Of a stretch of 64,000 bases of DNA, positions 38,043-50,266 are shown piece by piece. Each line of letters starts with the position of its first letter. The first letter of the stretch is position 1. Both the position numbers and the translations under genes were made by a program. The notes beneath the pieces are model-generated. The model had not been told where the DNA came from, did not search any database, and was given only the letters and a program-made list of their open reading frames with translations. This DNA comes from Dipteris shenzhenensis (lineage: Eukaryota), in NCBI GenBank assembly GCA_047967505.1, contig CM106538.1; one strand, given 5' to 3'.

Positions 38043-40020
38043 ATGATCGAGGATCACATGATCTTATATCAACAGGCCCAGAGATCTTGGGAAGATGGGT
38101 GCTCCCAAGGATATGACGGTCCAGCCCCAGTTAAGGAGGTAAATCTCCGGAAGGGCAGGACCCCCAACCTATATTCTTTGTCGGATGATCTCACCCCCAA
38201 CAAGGAGAATGCTCTAATAGCTCTCCTATGAGAATACAAGGACTGCATGACCTGAAAATACACCGATATGAAAGGGGTGCCCGTTGAAGTGGTGTAGCAC
38301 ATGATACCCATGTTGGTTGGACAATGCCAAGCCGATACGTCAACATCCCTACCCTATGAATCCCAAGTACATGCTCATAGTGAGGGAGGAAATCCAAAAA
38401 CTCATAAATGCGGGATTCATCTATGAGATCGAGCATACGGATTGGGTGTCACCCATCATGATAGTCTTGAAGAAGAATGGAAAAATAAGAGTATGCGTGG
38501 ACTTAAAAAAAGTTAACGCCGCCATCAGGCGTGACCACTACCCCTTGCCATTCACGGAACATGTCCTAGAAAGGGTAGCCAAAAAGGAAGCCTATAGCTT
38601 CCTAGATGGATTCTTTTGATACAACCAAGTGTCCATCACCCCGTAGGATCAACATAAAATAGCCTTTGCAATCGAGTGGGGTGTGTATGTGGCTACAGTA
38701 ATGACATTTGGATTGACCAATGCACCTACCACCTTCCAACAGATGATGATCATGGTCTTCAAGGAGTACTTAGAAGACTTTGTGGAAGTCTTCTTGGATG
38801 ATATATGCGTGAGCTCGACGTGGGATGATCACTTGAAATACCTAAGACTCGTCCTAAAAAAGTGTTGGTTGTACCACATATCCCTAAATCCTCTTAAGTG
38901 CCAATTCTAGGTCAAACATGGCATAAAATTCTCAGCCACATAGTGTCCCAGAATGGAATCTCCACGGACCACAATAAAATCAAACTCATCTTGGAATTAC
39001 CAAGCCAAGCGAGTACAATGATTTATTGGCCACATGGGATACTATAGAAGGTTCATCTTGTTCTACGAGAACATAGCCTGCCCATTATACATGCTGCTAG
39101 TATCCTTTGAGTGGACTGAGGAATGCCAAAAATCCTTCGAAACCCTCAATCTAGCCCTAGTTATTGCACCGGTGTTGAGAGCACCTGACTGGGATCTAAT
39201 ATTCCACGTTCATATGGATGCTTCTAACTTTGCTATCAGGTGTGTGCTAGCCCAACCAGGGGAGCATAACTTGGACTACCTGATGGACTTTGTGAGTCGT
39301 ACTAAATGAGACTAGGGTAAAAAATAACGAGGGAATAAGATTATGATAGTGTAGGTCAATGGGCAAATCTTTCCCCATATAGAGTTATAAATATTAGCTT
39401 TGCTACCACTTTTGGGGCGAATTTATCAAATTTTAGGTCTAAAAATTAGCCCACCTTTATTTTTGGGCTAATTTATCAAATTTAAAGCTCTAAATATTAG
39501 CCCAACCAACTTGGTAAAGCCTCTAAATTAGCCCTTGTGCTGAAGTTCGCCCCTAATTTTTTCCTTGAATGAGACCGAGGTCAACTATACAACAATCGAT
39601 AGGGAGGGTCTGCCCATGGTCTATGCAGTCAAGACGTTCATGAATTACTTGTTGGCCAAGAAGTTTTTCTTTGTGGACAACCAAGAATTGTTATACTTGG
39701 TCAACAAGCCATGCATGATGGGACACATCACTAGGTGGATGCTAATCCTCTTAGAGTTCAACTTCACCTTCGTTGTACGTAAGGGGAAGACCCATGTCCT
39801 AGCCGACCACCTATCGAGAATCCCATACGGTGAAGCCCTGACGGGAGTCAAAGATGGCCTCCCTGGCCCTTCCGTCTTCCTCATCGACATCATACCTGAA
39901 TAGGCTGTTGAGATCAGTCACTACCTAGCCAACGGCCTACTCCTGGGCCAAGCTCTCAAGAAAGATAGAGCCCGTAAACTCATTAAGGATGTAGCTTTAC
40001 ATAAGTCCTTGGTTTTTGTG
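38043..40020 (+). pseudogene. Degenerate Ty3/gypsy pol (RT, RNase H), non-chromovirus-like
   Basis: PIRQHPYPMNP, WVSPIMIVLKKNGKIRVCVD, YSFLDGF, MTFGLTNAP, FLDD, HMDASNFA, NYTTIDREGL, HVLADHLSR. Many stops and frameshifts. Confidence 0.9.
39313..39567. mobile_element. hAT-type MITE inserted into gypsy RNase H
   Basis: 8-bp TSD AATGAGAC (39305-39312, 39568-39575). Imperfect TIRs TAGGGTAAAAAAT / ATTTTTTCCTTG. Internal ATTAGCCC/GGGCTAAT repeats. Confidence 0.75.
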
Positions 40021-43000
40021 AACTTATGTCGAACAGTTGTTCGCTAGGTAGTGGAAATACACTTTTATGTTCTCCCCATAGAAGCAACTGATGAACAGAT
40101 CATATTGGGAAGGACCTGGTGTTGAGCTGGTGTTACGCCGTGAACTGTCAAATCGACCCTCTGAAGAAAGTCCGAAAGGAGCAGAAAACCAATCGTGGTG
40201 GCAATTGGGTGCAACTCCCATTATGCTACCACCATTGTTGTCCCCCACTCAAGAAAGCTATGAATAGCAAGTACAAGAGGCTATTCTCTGTGCTCAATGC
40301 CACTTCAACAGGAACTGACGACTAGGAAGGATCCAAGCAGGGTAGGAGTCCCTAATCACTCCAAAGACATCTCTGTTGAAGGCATCCTTACCAAGAAGAA
40401 GGATGCGATGCCATCTCATGCTTCAACTTCTAGCAGGCTCTAATCCACCTCCTCAACTGCAGCATCCCCCAAGTGCTAGGGCATCATCAAGCTCTTGAAA
40501 GACTGAGACAGTTACAACGGCAAGCAGGTCATCTGGGTGCCTAAGTTTAAGTCACAAGCCGCAAGGGTTTTGAAGGTAGTTACACAAGAACTTGTGTCGA
40601 TCTTGGATGTAGAACCATAAGAACCTACCATCAAACCAACCACAACAAACAAGCCCCAGAGTCCCAAACGTGCCCTAGTGCCACGAATCGTATAACTCAA
40701 CACGAAGATCAACCCAAGGCAGTGAGGGAACAACACAAGAACCGACCCCTACAATGAGGGGAGTTACACAAGAACCTCCCTCCAATCCCAAAGGCAAATA
40801 GTCAAAGGTAATTGCGATCATACCATCACCAACGGTGCTGCCTGACTCAGGGGAGCAAGTATCTGAGTCGAAGGTGGTTACACAAGAACCTGCTTATCCC
40901 ACGATAAAGGACAATCCTGCAAGGACTCATCACAATGCCAGTGTACCTCTGGCATCCAAGGTAAGACACAAGCTCGACAAATGCACTACATGGGTTTCAA
41001 CACGCTATGCGGCAGCATGACGTCCACCAACATGGCATTCCACATGATCATCAAGTCCAAGTCTAGGTGAGTTAGTATGGTAGGTATATCACCCGATGCA
41101 CCTGCAGCCCACAAGTCATTGCCTTGCACAGACACCCCACTCCTCACTTGTACACCCCACCCTTTCCTCTCTCTCTCCCACCTTCCCACTTTCCCCCTTC
41201 TTTCCCTTTCCTTACTCTCCTCAGACAATATCCCGTTGGTCGTTGTTGCTATAGTGCTATCCTGTCGACCATGGCCATAGCTTTATCTCGTCGACCATCG
41301 CCATAGCTCTATCCCACCGACCATCGTTATAGCACTATCTCACCGATCGTCGCCATCTGATTATCACGCCGATCACGACCATAACAGTACCACATCGACG
41401 GTCGCCATCCATAGATTGCACCCACCACCACCATCCAATTATCACCCCGGTCGCTACCATAACAATACCCTACCGACCGTCACCTTATGCCATCATGCCG
41501 ACCGCGGGGATAGCAAAATCTATAAAAAGGAGCCCTATCTTGCCGTATCTTCGCCATAGCACTTGCCCCCAAACTTTGTTAAAATTTTGTCAAAAATCTT
41601 TCAGCCCCCTGTCCTCTTCCACACAACTATCCAGCAATTAGTATATGTCCTCAAACTCCTCCTCTTCGCTGATTCCCTCATCACTCAGTTGCCTTCATTC
41701 TTCCCAATGGATCTAGAGAATGAATTCTTTGAGTTTGAGATGGAGCTTGGACTCCACCCCAATTGGTCCCTCTGACTCTCAAAGTATGCCTTTGGCCACG
41801 ATCCGCATGATCTCCAAATTTCTAGTTGAACATTTACGAGTGGATGAGGAAGTATCTATGCAACAGGCCACCTAGGAGGGTCCGACAACAGTAAGAATGC
41901 CCCCCTTAAAGACGTCAAGAAAGTGCACCCCGGCTCCCACACAAGGGGAGTACAAAATCATGCACTCACAAATGCACTCGCCGCTTGGGGAGGCATGGCT
42001 CCAATAATTAGATGCATGTGCCATCCACTCTCACTATGCATAGAAGGGGCATGATTATACCCTCCAGTACCACACTGCAGTAGCTTATGCAGCACTAAAG
42101 GAGCTGATAGTGCAAGACGCACTAGCAATGACGCCTGGGATCAGTCGTGGCCGATCACCTTCCTTGCCACTTGGATATGAGGCTCTTGGGAGAGTTCCTC
42201 CTCCAAGTCTACAACTCCAACACAAATGTGGGTGTTCTTCAAGACACAACAGGCAATCCCCACTTCTACCACCTCAACTAGGACGTGGTGCGAGCCGCCC
42301 TCAGCTAGCCGATCATCAGCAACAAGTATGCAATGAAGAAGAAGGTGCCCGAGGCCCTTAGAAAAATCTGCCACTATGACCATAAGAAAAGAAAAGGGCA
42401 CATCCACTTCACAGATATCATCATCAAGCCGGAGGTGGAAAGACAAACAAGGGCCCTGTAGTGGTTGACGCAAGTCAGGCACATCGATCACCACCAGTCA
42501 ATCATGCCAAATATTTTGTTGCAGCCGGTAGAACCCCAGGTCACAAATTGGGCTGATTACTTATGTAATCAAATGAGGGAGGACCTCAAAACACATGCTA
42601 TACATGCTAGTTCTCTACCACATGCTGCACCAGCATCAACCTATCGGCTATGGGTTGGCCAAAAAGTCAGCCACCACGGGACTAGCACCAGCAAAGCAAG
42701 AAGAAGCCGAGGTCAAGCCAAAGCAAGCAAGAACAGAGTCTAGCACCACCCGGCCAACCGTCTTGTGCAACCAGACCCAAGTTAGTTGCTCGGACAGTGC
42801 GAGGATCGCCAAACGTAGGCATTCCTACACTGTCAACTATGCCTCAAGAAAGCATATCCTTAGGACAAGGGAAAAAGGGTACAACAAGAGTCCATCTTGG
42901 TGGATGACCTCCAAAGTGATGAGACAGTCACGATTGGCCTCCACCCAGGAGCCCAAGCTATTTCGGCAACCCCTGCTATGCCCCAGGTCTCAGCCTCAGC

Positions 43001-45978
43001 AATGGCCCATCCTCAAGAGACCACCTCCTTCATCACCACACCTCCTTCTCTCCATGGGCAGGCTAAGGCTCTTGGAAGAGACCTGCTGGAGAGGCATCTT
43101 CATCGACTTGGCATTGGGCCGAAAAAGTAAGTTCACTTGTGGGTGGACATTGAGGGGAGGTGTTAGATATCAATGCTCCACTCTCATGTAACTATGTAGA
43201 AACCAGCTAACTCTACTTGTAAGCCCCCCATATGAGGAGAAGGCATTTGAGTAGCTCGGTTATCCAGTAGGTCCTGGTTTGGACACTAGATGGGGGCCAT
43301 GTGTGGCCTGATGGCTGGACGACTTCAGATAGAGTTGGTACACTGCCAACTAGGTTACATGCAAGTGCGGGAAGGCATCCCATGACTGACCGCACTGAGG
43401 GTAGCCAGAGCTTTTCCCGAGGCAGCCCACTCTCAGGTTGCGGGGCCCATTTGGAGCCTTAGATGATCCCGGATGGCTCTGGGCTGAACGAAAACTGTAG
43501 GTAACTTGCTCTGTTTTGCGCACCTGTTCTATCGTATGGTCAGTGGCCTATTTCGGGACCCCAGTCGACCGTTTTGGGCAGACTGAATCAGTCCGCCCAA
43601 AACGGTGGCTATATAAGAGCAAGCCCGTGAAGCCCATTTCATCACTGGCTTCAGCAACCCTGATTCCTTAGCCTCTACTGTTTCCAACTCGCCATCGAAG
43701 CTTCTTTCACAGGAGCGCACGGTTGGGAGGCAGCGCCATCTATTGTATCAGTTCTACAGTAATCAAATTTTTTATTCTCCATACTATCTGGTTTTCTTTC
43801 TTGCGTACGAGATCCTATTATTTGTTGAGCACTGATGTTGTATTATTTTCTTACATAAAGCGAGCTTACCAGTAGAAAATCAATGACACACCAAGTTTTG
43901 CATGTAGTTCTTGCGGGTGCCTGACTTTCAAGTCGAAACTGATAGCAACAAACATTGAGATGCCGATAGAGGGACAATGCCACCTCCAGCCCGGTGGCAA
44001 ATCAAACAAGCTGGTTTGCTTGTTGTGTTATGGCCAGCTTCACGACAACAAGAAGCCCAGGTTCTCAAAAAACAACAAGCAAATGGCTGAGCCACAAAAA
44101 AACACTAGGACTCTCAATAAATTCGAAGAGCGGCTTATTTCAATTAGAATACCTTTAGCGCAGATCTAGCAATTGATGTATGAAGGGCAACTGGGATTGC
44201 ACGGCAGCATCGTTAATGTTTTCGCAGATGTTGATAGGGCCCAACAAGTCCTTCCTCGCTTCATTGCTAATAGTGCGACAGTCACAATCGCAATCAAATG
44301 GCGTATGCAATATAAACACAACTACATCAGCCGTTTGGTGCATCCAACCTTGATAATGCGTGCACTGTAAGAAATTCTACACACGCCTCTTTACTTGTTG
44401 CAAAACAATGTTTAAAAAAACCAAGCATGGCTCGAGCACATTTATAGTCTCCAATTTGATGGAGAGGATCCCCAACTAGTGACGGCAAACACCTATGATA
44501 GCCCAACGCATATAGATGACGTAACGGACACTCTTATTCATGGCATTTACACAACCCAACAAGTTATTGATTTTGAGAATGGCCCAATAGTCGTGCGACT
44601 TCGGAGGGGTTCTCCCCACTCAGCCTCTTCAAAGACGAACATTGTGAATAACTAGCTTTCCCAACTCTCATTTTTGGGTGCCCTCATGGGTATAACATAC
44701 CTACAAGAACAAATTATTAGGATATAGTCAAATGGGAATTGCAAAATGAGGATTGGCATTTCGCGATGTCGATCGAGAACTTGTTCTTTGAGACAATGAA
44801 AGGACTGGGGTGCGGCATGTCTTGTCATCTATGTGGTACGCATGAGGAAAGGGCAGCCATAGGGAAGGAGACTTGAGGCAAGAACTGGCATGGTGGACAC
44901 AAACATCAAGAGACTATTACAATCCAGAATAGGTTTTCATGACTTCGTCTGCCTTAGGACATCTGTCGACTACAAGCTATGATTCAAGCGAAATCTTTTT
45001 ACCATGGTGCGATAGCTTGGGCCACCAACGTTCTTTGTCACTTTGTCTGCGGCAAACGATGGGAGCCAGTGCTACGGTGCCTTCAAAAGTTGAAAAATAG
45101 TAGCTTCCGCGCAGGCATCAATCAAGACGGTTGCAATGTACAGGAGCTAGCCAGGTCTCTGTCATGACAGCACAATACTATACACAAGTTCAAAGCTTTG
45201 AAGACATTGTTACGACATGATGATACCATTCTGGGCATAATATTGGATTTCTTCTTTGTGACAGAGTTGCAAAGTAGAGATAGCCAGTATGATCATGGTT
45301 TAATATGGGTTGACGATGCACCCAATTGTAAAAATTGTAGTGACAGCAGCATAGAACAATTCATCGGCAAATACATCGCAACAAACAACAACAAACTCAA
45401 CATTGACCAAAAGGATCTGCAAACCCATAAGCATAGGCAAACTTGCAGGAGAAAAAAAAGAGAATGCAGATTTGGGTTTCCACGACCGCCTATGCGGCAA
45501 ACAAATATCCTTAGGCCCCTACCCAGCGAAGTGGACAAGACCTTGCACAGACTAAACTACATAAAAGTTAAGATGGCTTTGCGGAACACGTCAAGCACTG
45601 CACTCACAATCGATGCTTTCCTTCAAACAATACCAATGTCTGAACCAGAATACAAACTCATTATTAGAAGCAGTCTTTTCCAAGCCAAAGTCTTCATCAA
45701 AAGAGAGCTACAGGACATTTACACAAATAATTTCAATCCCTCTTTGACAAAACTCTTGGGAGCGAACACTGACATCTAGTTCATTTTGAACCCCCACAGC
45801 GTAGCATCTTACTGCACATCCTACATGACAAAGATTGACAAAGAGACAAGTGAGGCTGTAAAGTCAGTGATGGGCCAAAGATTTAGAGAAAATGTTCCCG
45901 CAGATGAACGTGTTTGCAAAAGTTAAGGGGGGGAGTAAATGCCCCAGGAGGTGGTGGGGAAAGAGGAGGCAAGTGGGG

Positions 45979-48900
45979 TGTGGGGTTAAAGGTCACTGTG
46001 CCTTAACCCCAGTTATGTACAATACTCAAACACATATATAAATGAATGAAAAAGAAGATTAGGGTGGTTCTGCACCCACCAAACTTGTGTTGCTCTCTGT
46101 CTCTCTCTCTCTCCTTCTTCCATTCTTGCTTCCGTTGAGAGCACTCTCAACTGGTATCAGAGCTCGGGTGATCTAGCTGAGCGTGCGTGAATGCTTGGAA
46201 GCTCAGCAGCTCTATGGGAGGAAGGAGAAGCTTTGTGGGAAGCTTTGTGGGTGACTTACTTGCATCCAAGTGTGCAGAGACCTTGGAGGAACCTTTGGAA
46301 AAGTCACTTTGGCTTTACGAAGTGGTTTTGAGAGCCTGTTAAGAGCTTTCAAAGAAAAAGTCGTTTTTTGAGCTTTTCCTTGTTCTGTTCGATAACAGAG
46401 ACTCCATATTGACTTGTAGAGGCAACTATTGCTTGCTTTTGGTGTCCACTTCACTTCAGGAGCTTGGAAACACCTTCATTCTTGAATCTGGGATCATTTA
46501 AGTGGATTCCTGAGTCACTGTATCAGTTCCTGCGTTTTTTGCCTGGGTGTTGGAACTCAAGTTTGGAGCAACCATTTGCAGATCTGTCAGTTCCGGTGGA
46601 CTCAGGAGGTCCTAAAACTTCTATGTTGCTCATCATTCGCACTCCGGTGGAGTTTACAGATAGCTCTGTTTCCAAAAACGTTTTTCAGTCCGTGTGTTGG
46701 ACCCAGTGATTGAGGCCACGGTTTCCAAAACCGTCTGTCCCATTGCGTTCCGGATGCCCAAAAACCCCTACCTATCAGTTCTTGCATGATTCGCTGGAGG
46801 ATTTTCAGAGTTATAGATCTCTGTGTATTCGATTTCGTCTCTCTGTTATGCATTTTTCATACTAAGGTTTTGAAACCTTAGATTTATGCCACATGGCAGT
46901 TAAACCCTTGGCAGGTATTGAAGCTAAGCCTGCGGATATGTCTGAGGATGATTGGAATGAGTTGGATGCATTAGCAAAGTCTACTATTAGACTTCATCTT
47001 GTAGAGTCAGTTTATTTCATAGTAGTAACTACGGAAGATTTGTGGAAGAAACTGTGTGCCACCTATGAGAAGGAAACTGCCTCTAATAAAGTTTACCTCA
47101 TGAAGAGGTTGTTTGAGCTGCAGATGAAGGAAGGGGTCTCCATTGCTTCTCATTTGAATGAATTCAATATTATTTTCAGCCAGCTTCAGGCTCAGAAAAT
47201 GAATTTTGATGCGGAGACTAAGGCAATATTTCTCTTATGTTCATTGCCATCCTCATGGGATACCTTCCGTACAGCTGTCAGTAACTCTGCACCTGGTGGA
47301 GTACTGAAATTTGATGATGTTGTGGGTAGCTTGTTGGCCGAGGAGATTAGACGGAAGTCTATGGATGGCAACAAGCAGGATGCAGCCTTAAATGTGCAAA
47401 GGGGCAGATCACAGTTCAGGGGGAAGTCCCAAGAAAGAGGGAAGTCTCGTAGCAAATCCAGGGCACGGAACATTGAGTGTTACCATTGTGGCAAGAAGGG
47501 CCATATGAAAAAGGATTGCTACAAGCTGAAAAGAGAGCAAAAGGATAAGAAAAAGAATGCAAATTGGGGTGCAAATCAAAAGGAAGAGAGTCCAAGGGAG
47601 GACAAAGGAAAAGTGAAGATCAAGGAGATCAATGTAGTCACACATGATAGTGACAATGATGTTCTCTTCATGTCTAGTTTATCTGCAGAGTTGCTTAGCA
47701 CTTCAGATGATGCATATTCCCAGGATTGGATTTTGGATTCTGGTGCTTCATTCCATGTTACTCCCCATAGGGAATGGTTCTCCACTTATGATAGTGGAAA
47801 GACAGGTTGTGTGCATCTTGGAAATGACTATGCATGTGACATAGTGGGAGCAGGTGACATAAAGTTTTCTTTTGCAAATGGGTCTGCATTTGTTTTGAAA
47901 CATGTGAGACATGTGCCTAAGCTGACCAAGAGTCTTCTTTCAGTGGGTCAGCTAGATGATGCTGGTTTTCACACTACTTTTGGCTTTCAGAGTTGGAAAA
48001 TTCAGAAGGGCTCTATGCTTTTGGCCAGGGGTGCCAAGTGTGGGACTTTGTATCCCTTACATGTATCAGGGGTATTTGATCATGTTGTTGCAATAACCGA
48101 GCAGCCAAGCACTTCTTTGTGGCATTGCAGGTTGGGGCACATGAGCCAGAATGGAATGAAACTCTTATGCCATTTGGGTTATGTACCGCATTTGAGTTTC
48201 TCTGATTTTGAATTTTGTGAGCACTGTCTCTATGGGAAGCAGACTAAATCAGCCCATAAAAGAAGGGGAAAGAAAGAGTTTGAAATGCTTGATTTGGTGC
48301 ATTCAGACGTATGTGGTCCCATGCCTACACGGTCATTAGGCAGGGCTGAATACTATGTGACATTCATTGATGATGCAACTAGGAAAGTGTGGGCTTATGC
48401 TATAGCTCGGAAGAGTGATGTGTTCCAGGTATTTCAGAAATGGCTGGCCTTGGTTGAGAATCATTCAGGTAGAACGCTTAAATGCCTACGGACTGACAAT
48501 GGTGGAGAGTATCTCTCTCATGACTTTCAGCATTTCTGTGATACACGTGGGATTAAGAGGGAGCTCACATCCCCTCGTACTCTAGAGCAAAATCCAGTCG
48601 TAGAAAGGATGAACCGTACCATTCAAGAAAGGTTACAATGCATGCTTTCCAATGCAAGTCTTTCTGGTGGTTTTTGGGCTGAGGCAATGAAGACTGTAGT
48701 GCATGTGATCAATAGATCACCTAGTAAGAGTTTGGATGGTGGTATTCTTGAAGAGGCATGGAGTGGCAAGAAGCCCTCTTACTCTCATTTGCGTATATTT
48801 GGGTGTGAGGCATATGCACATGTGCCAAAAGAGCTTCGAAAGAAGCTAGATCCTAAGTCTAGGAAATGCATCTTTCTGGGTTATGGTGAAAGTGGAGAGA

Positions 48901-50266
48901 TGGGCTATCGTCTCTGGGATCCAGAAGCAAAGAAGATCATATGCAGCCATGATGTGATCTTCAATGAGAAGAAGATGCATAAGGCACCCATGAGGGATGT
49001 AGAAATGAGGAGAATCACTTTCCAGGATGTGAATCCACCTACATATGTTGATAGACAGCAAGCTGTCCATGCACCAAATGTGCAAGAAGTGGCACTATAT
49101 GTGGATGATATGCTATTGGCTAGCAAGAATACTTATGAGCTAGATGCATTAAAGGCCAAGCTGCATGAGGCCTTTGATATGAAGGATTTGGGACTTGCAG
49201 GTCATATTCTTGGTATGCGCATCATGCGTGATCGGAGTAGGAAACTCCTTTGGCTTTCACAAAAAGAGTATGTTACAAAAGTATTGCAGCGTTTCAATAT
49301 GGAGGGGGGGAAGTCAGTGAGTACTCCATTGCCTCCATATGTGAAACTGAGTCATACAGATAGTCCCAAATCAGATGAGGAAAGGGCCATGATGGCCAAG
49401 GTTCCTTATGCATCAGCAGTTGGGAGTCTTATGTATGCTATGATAGCTACTAGACTAGACATTGCATTTGCAGTGGGAGTTGTTAGCCGATATATGGCTA
49501 ATCCAGGAAAGAGGCATTGGGAGGCAGTTACGTGCATCATGAGGTACATGAAGGGTACCAAGGAGATGTGCATCTACTTTGGTAAAGGAGACATGCATGT
49601 TCTTGGGTACACAGATTCAAACTATGCAGGGCATGTGGATAGTAGGAGATCCACTTCTGGTTATGTGTTCACCTTTGCAGGTGGTGCAGTGTCGTGGATG
49701 TCTCGTGCACAGAAGTGCGTGGCTTTGTCTACCATAGAGGCTGAGTATGTTGCAGCCACAGAGGGTTGCAAGGAGGCTATATGGCTTGATCGGCTAGTGG
49801 GAGATTTGGGGATTCATACAGGTGTACCGACATTGCATAGTGATTCCATGAGTGCTATTCAGCTAGCACGGAATCTGGTCTTTCATGCAAAGACCAAACA
49901 CATTGAGGTCAGGTACCATTTCATCAGGGAGGTACTTGAGGACAAGCGCATAGAGCTTGTCAAGGTTCATACAGATGATAACCCTGCAGATATGCTGACG
50001 AAGAGTCTGCCTAGTCAGCGGTTTGAGTATTGTCGTGTATTGATGGGCATTGGATAGTATGTTCACTGGTTGTTCTCCCTTAAAGGCACATTGTCCTTTA
50101 AGTGGGAGGTTGTGGGGTTAAAGGTCACTGTGCCTTAACCCCAGTTATGTACAATACTCAAACACATATATAAATGAAGGGTGGTTCTGCACCCACCAAA
50201 CTTGTGTTGCTCTCTATCTCTCTCTCTTTCCTTCTTCCATTCTTGCTTCCGTTGAGAGCACTCTCA
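45979..50266 (+). mobile_element. Ty1/copia LTR retrotransposon (Tnt1/Tork-like) with internal RT deletion
   Basis: LTRs 45979-46149 and 50111-50266, TSD TGGGG (45974-45978, 50267-50271), PBS TGGTATCAGAGC 46152-46163, PPT before 50111. Confidence 0.95.
46893..50057 (+). CDS. Copia gag-pol, 1054 aa, lacking the N-terminal part of RT
   Basis: CYHCGKKGHMKKDC, WILDSGAS, WHCRLGH...CEHC, LVHSDVCGP, LRTDNGGEY. The linker then jumps directly to ALYVDDMLL. RNase H YTDSNYAG and NPADMLTK. Confidence 0.9.
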   Translation: MAVKPLAGIEAKPADMSEDDWNELDALAKSTIRLHLVESVYFIVVTTEDLWKKLCATYEKETASNKVYLMKRLFELQMKEGVSIASHLNEFNIIFSQLQAQKMNFDAETKAIFLLCSLPSSWDTFRTAVSNSAPGGVLKFDDVVGSLLAEEIRRKSMDGNKQDAALNVQRGRSQFRGKSQERGKSRSKSRARNIECYHCGKKGHMKKDCYKLKREQKDKKKNANWGANQKEESPREDKGKVKIKEINVVTHDSDNDVLFMSSLSAELLSTSDDAYSQDWILDSGASFHVTPHREWFSTYDSGKTGCVHLGNDYACDIVGAGDIKFSFANGSAFVLKHVRHVPKLTKSLLSVGQLDDAGFHTTFGFQSWKIQKGSMLLARGAKCGTLYPLHVSGVFDHVVAITEQPSTSLWHCRLGHMSQNGMKLLCHLGYVPHLSFSDFEFCEHCLYGKQTKSAHKRRGKKEFEMLDLVHSDVCGPMPTRSLGRAEYYVTFIDDATRKVWAYAIARKSDVFQVFQKWLALVENHSGRTLKCLRTDNGGEYLSHDFQHFCDTRGIKRELTSPRTLEQNPVVERMNRTIQERLQCMLSNASLSGGFWAEAMKTVVHVINRSPSKSLDGGILEEAWSGKKPSYSHLRIFGCEAYAHVPKELRKKLDPKSRKCIFLGYGESGEMGYRLWDPEAKKIICSHDVIFNEKKMHKAPMRDVEMRRITFQDVNPPTYVDRQQAVHAPNVQEVALYVDDMLLASKNTYELDALKAKLHEAFDMKDLGLAGHILGMRIMRDRSRKLLWLSQKEYVTKVLQRFNMEGGKSVSTPLPPYVKLSHTDSPKSDEERAMMAKVPYASAVGSLMYAMIATRLDIAFAVGVVSRYMANPGKRHWEAVTCIMRYMKGTKEMCIYFGKGDMHVLGYTDSNYAGHVDSRRSTSGYVFTFAGGAVSWMSRAQKCVALSTIEAEYVAATEGCKEAIWLDRLVGDLGIHTGVPTLHSDSMSAIQLARNLVFHAKTKHIEVRYHFIREVLEDKRIELVKVHTDDNPADMLTKSLPSQRFEYCRVLMGIG

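Noticed and set aside
43400-43960. Candidate Helentron 5' terminus or subTIR (AAAACTGTAGG vs CCTGTAGTTTT near 52970)
   Set aside because: The match is too weak to define termini from a single copy.
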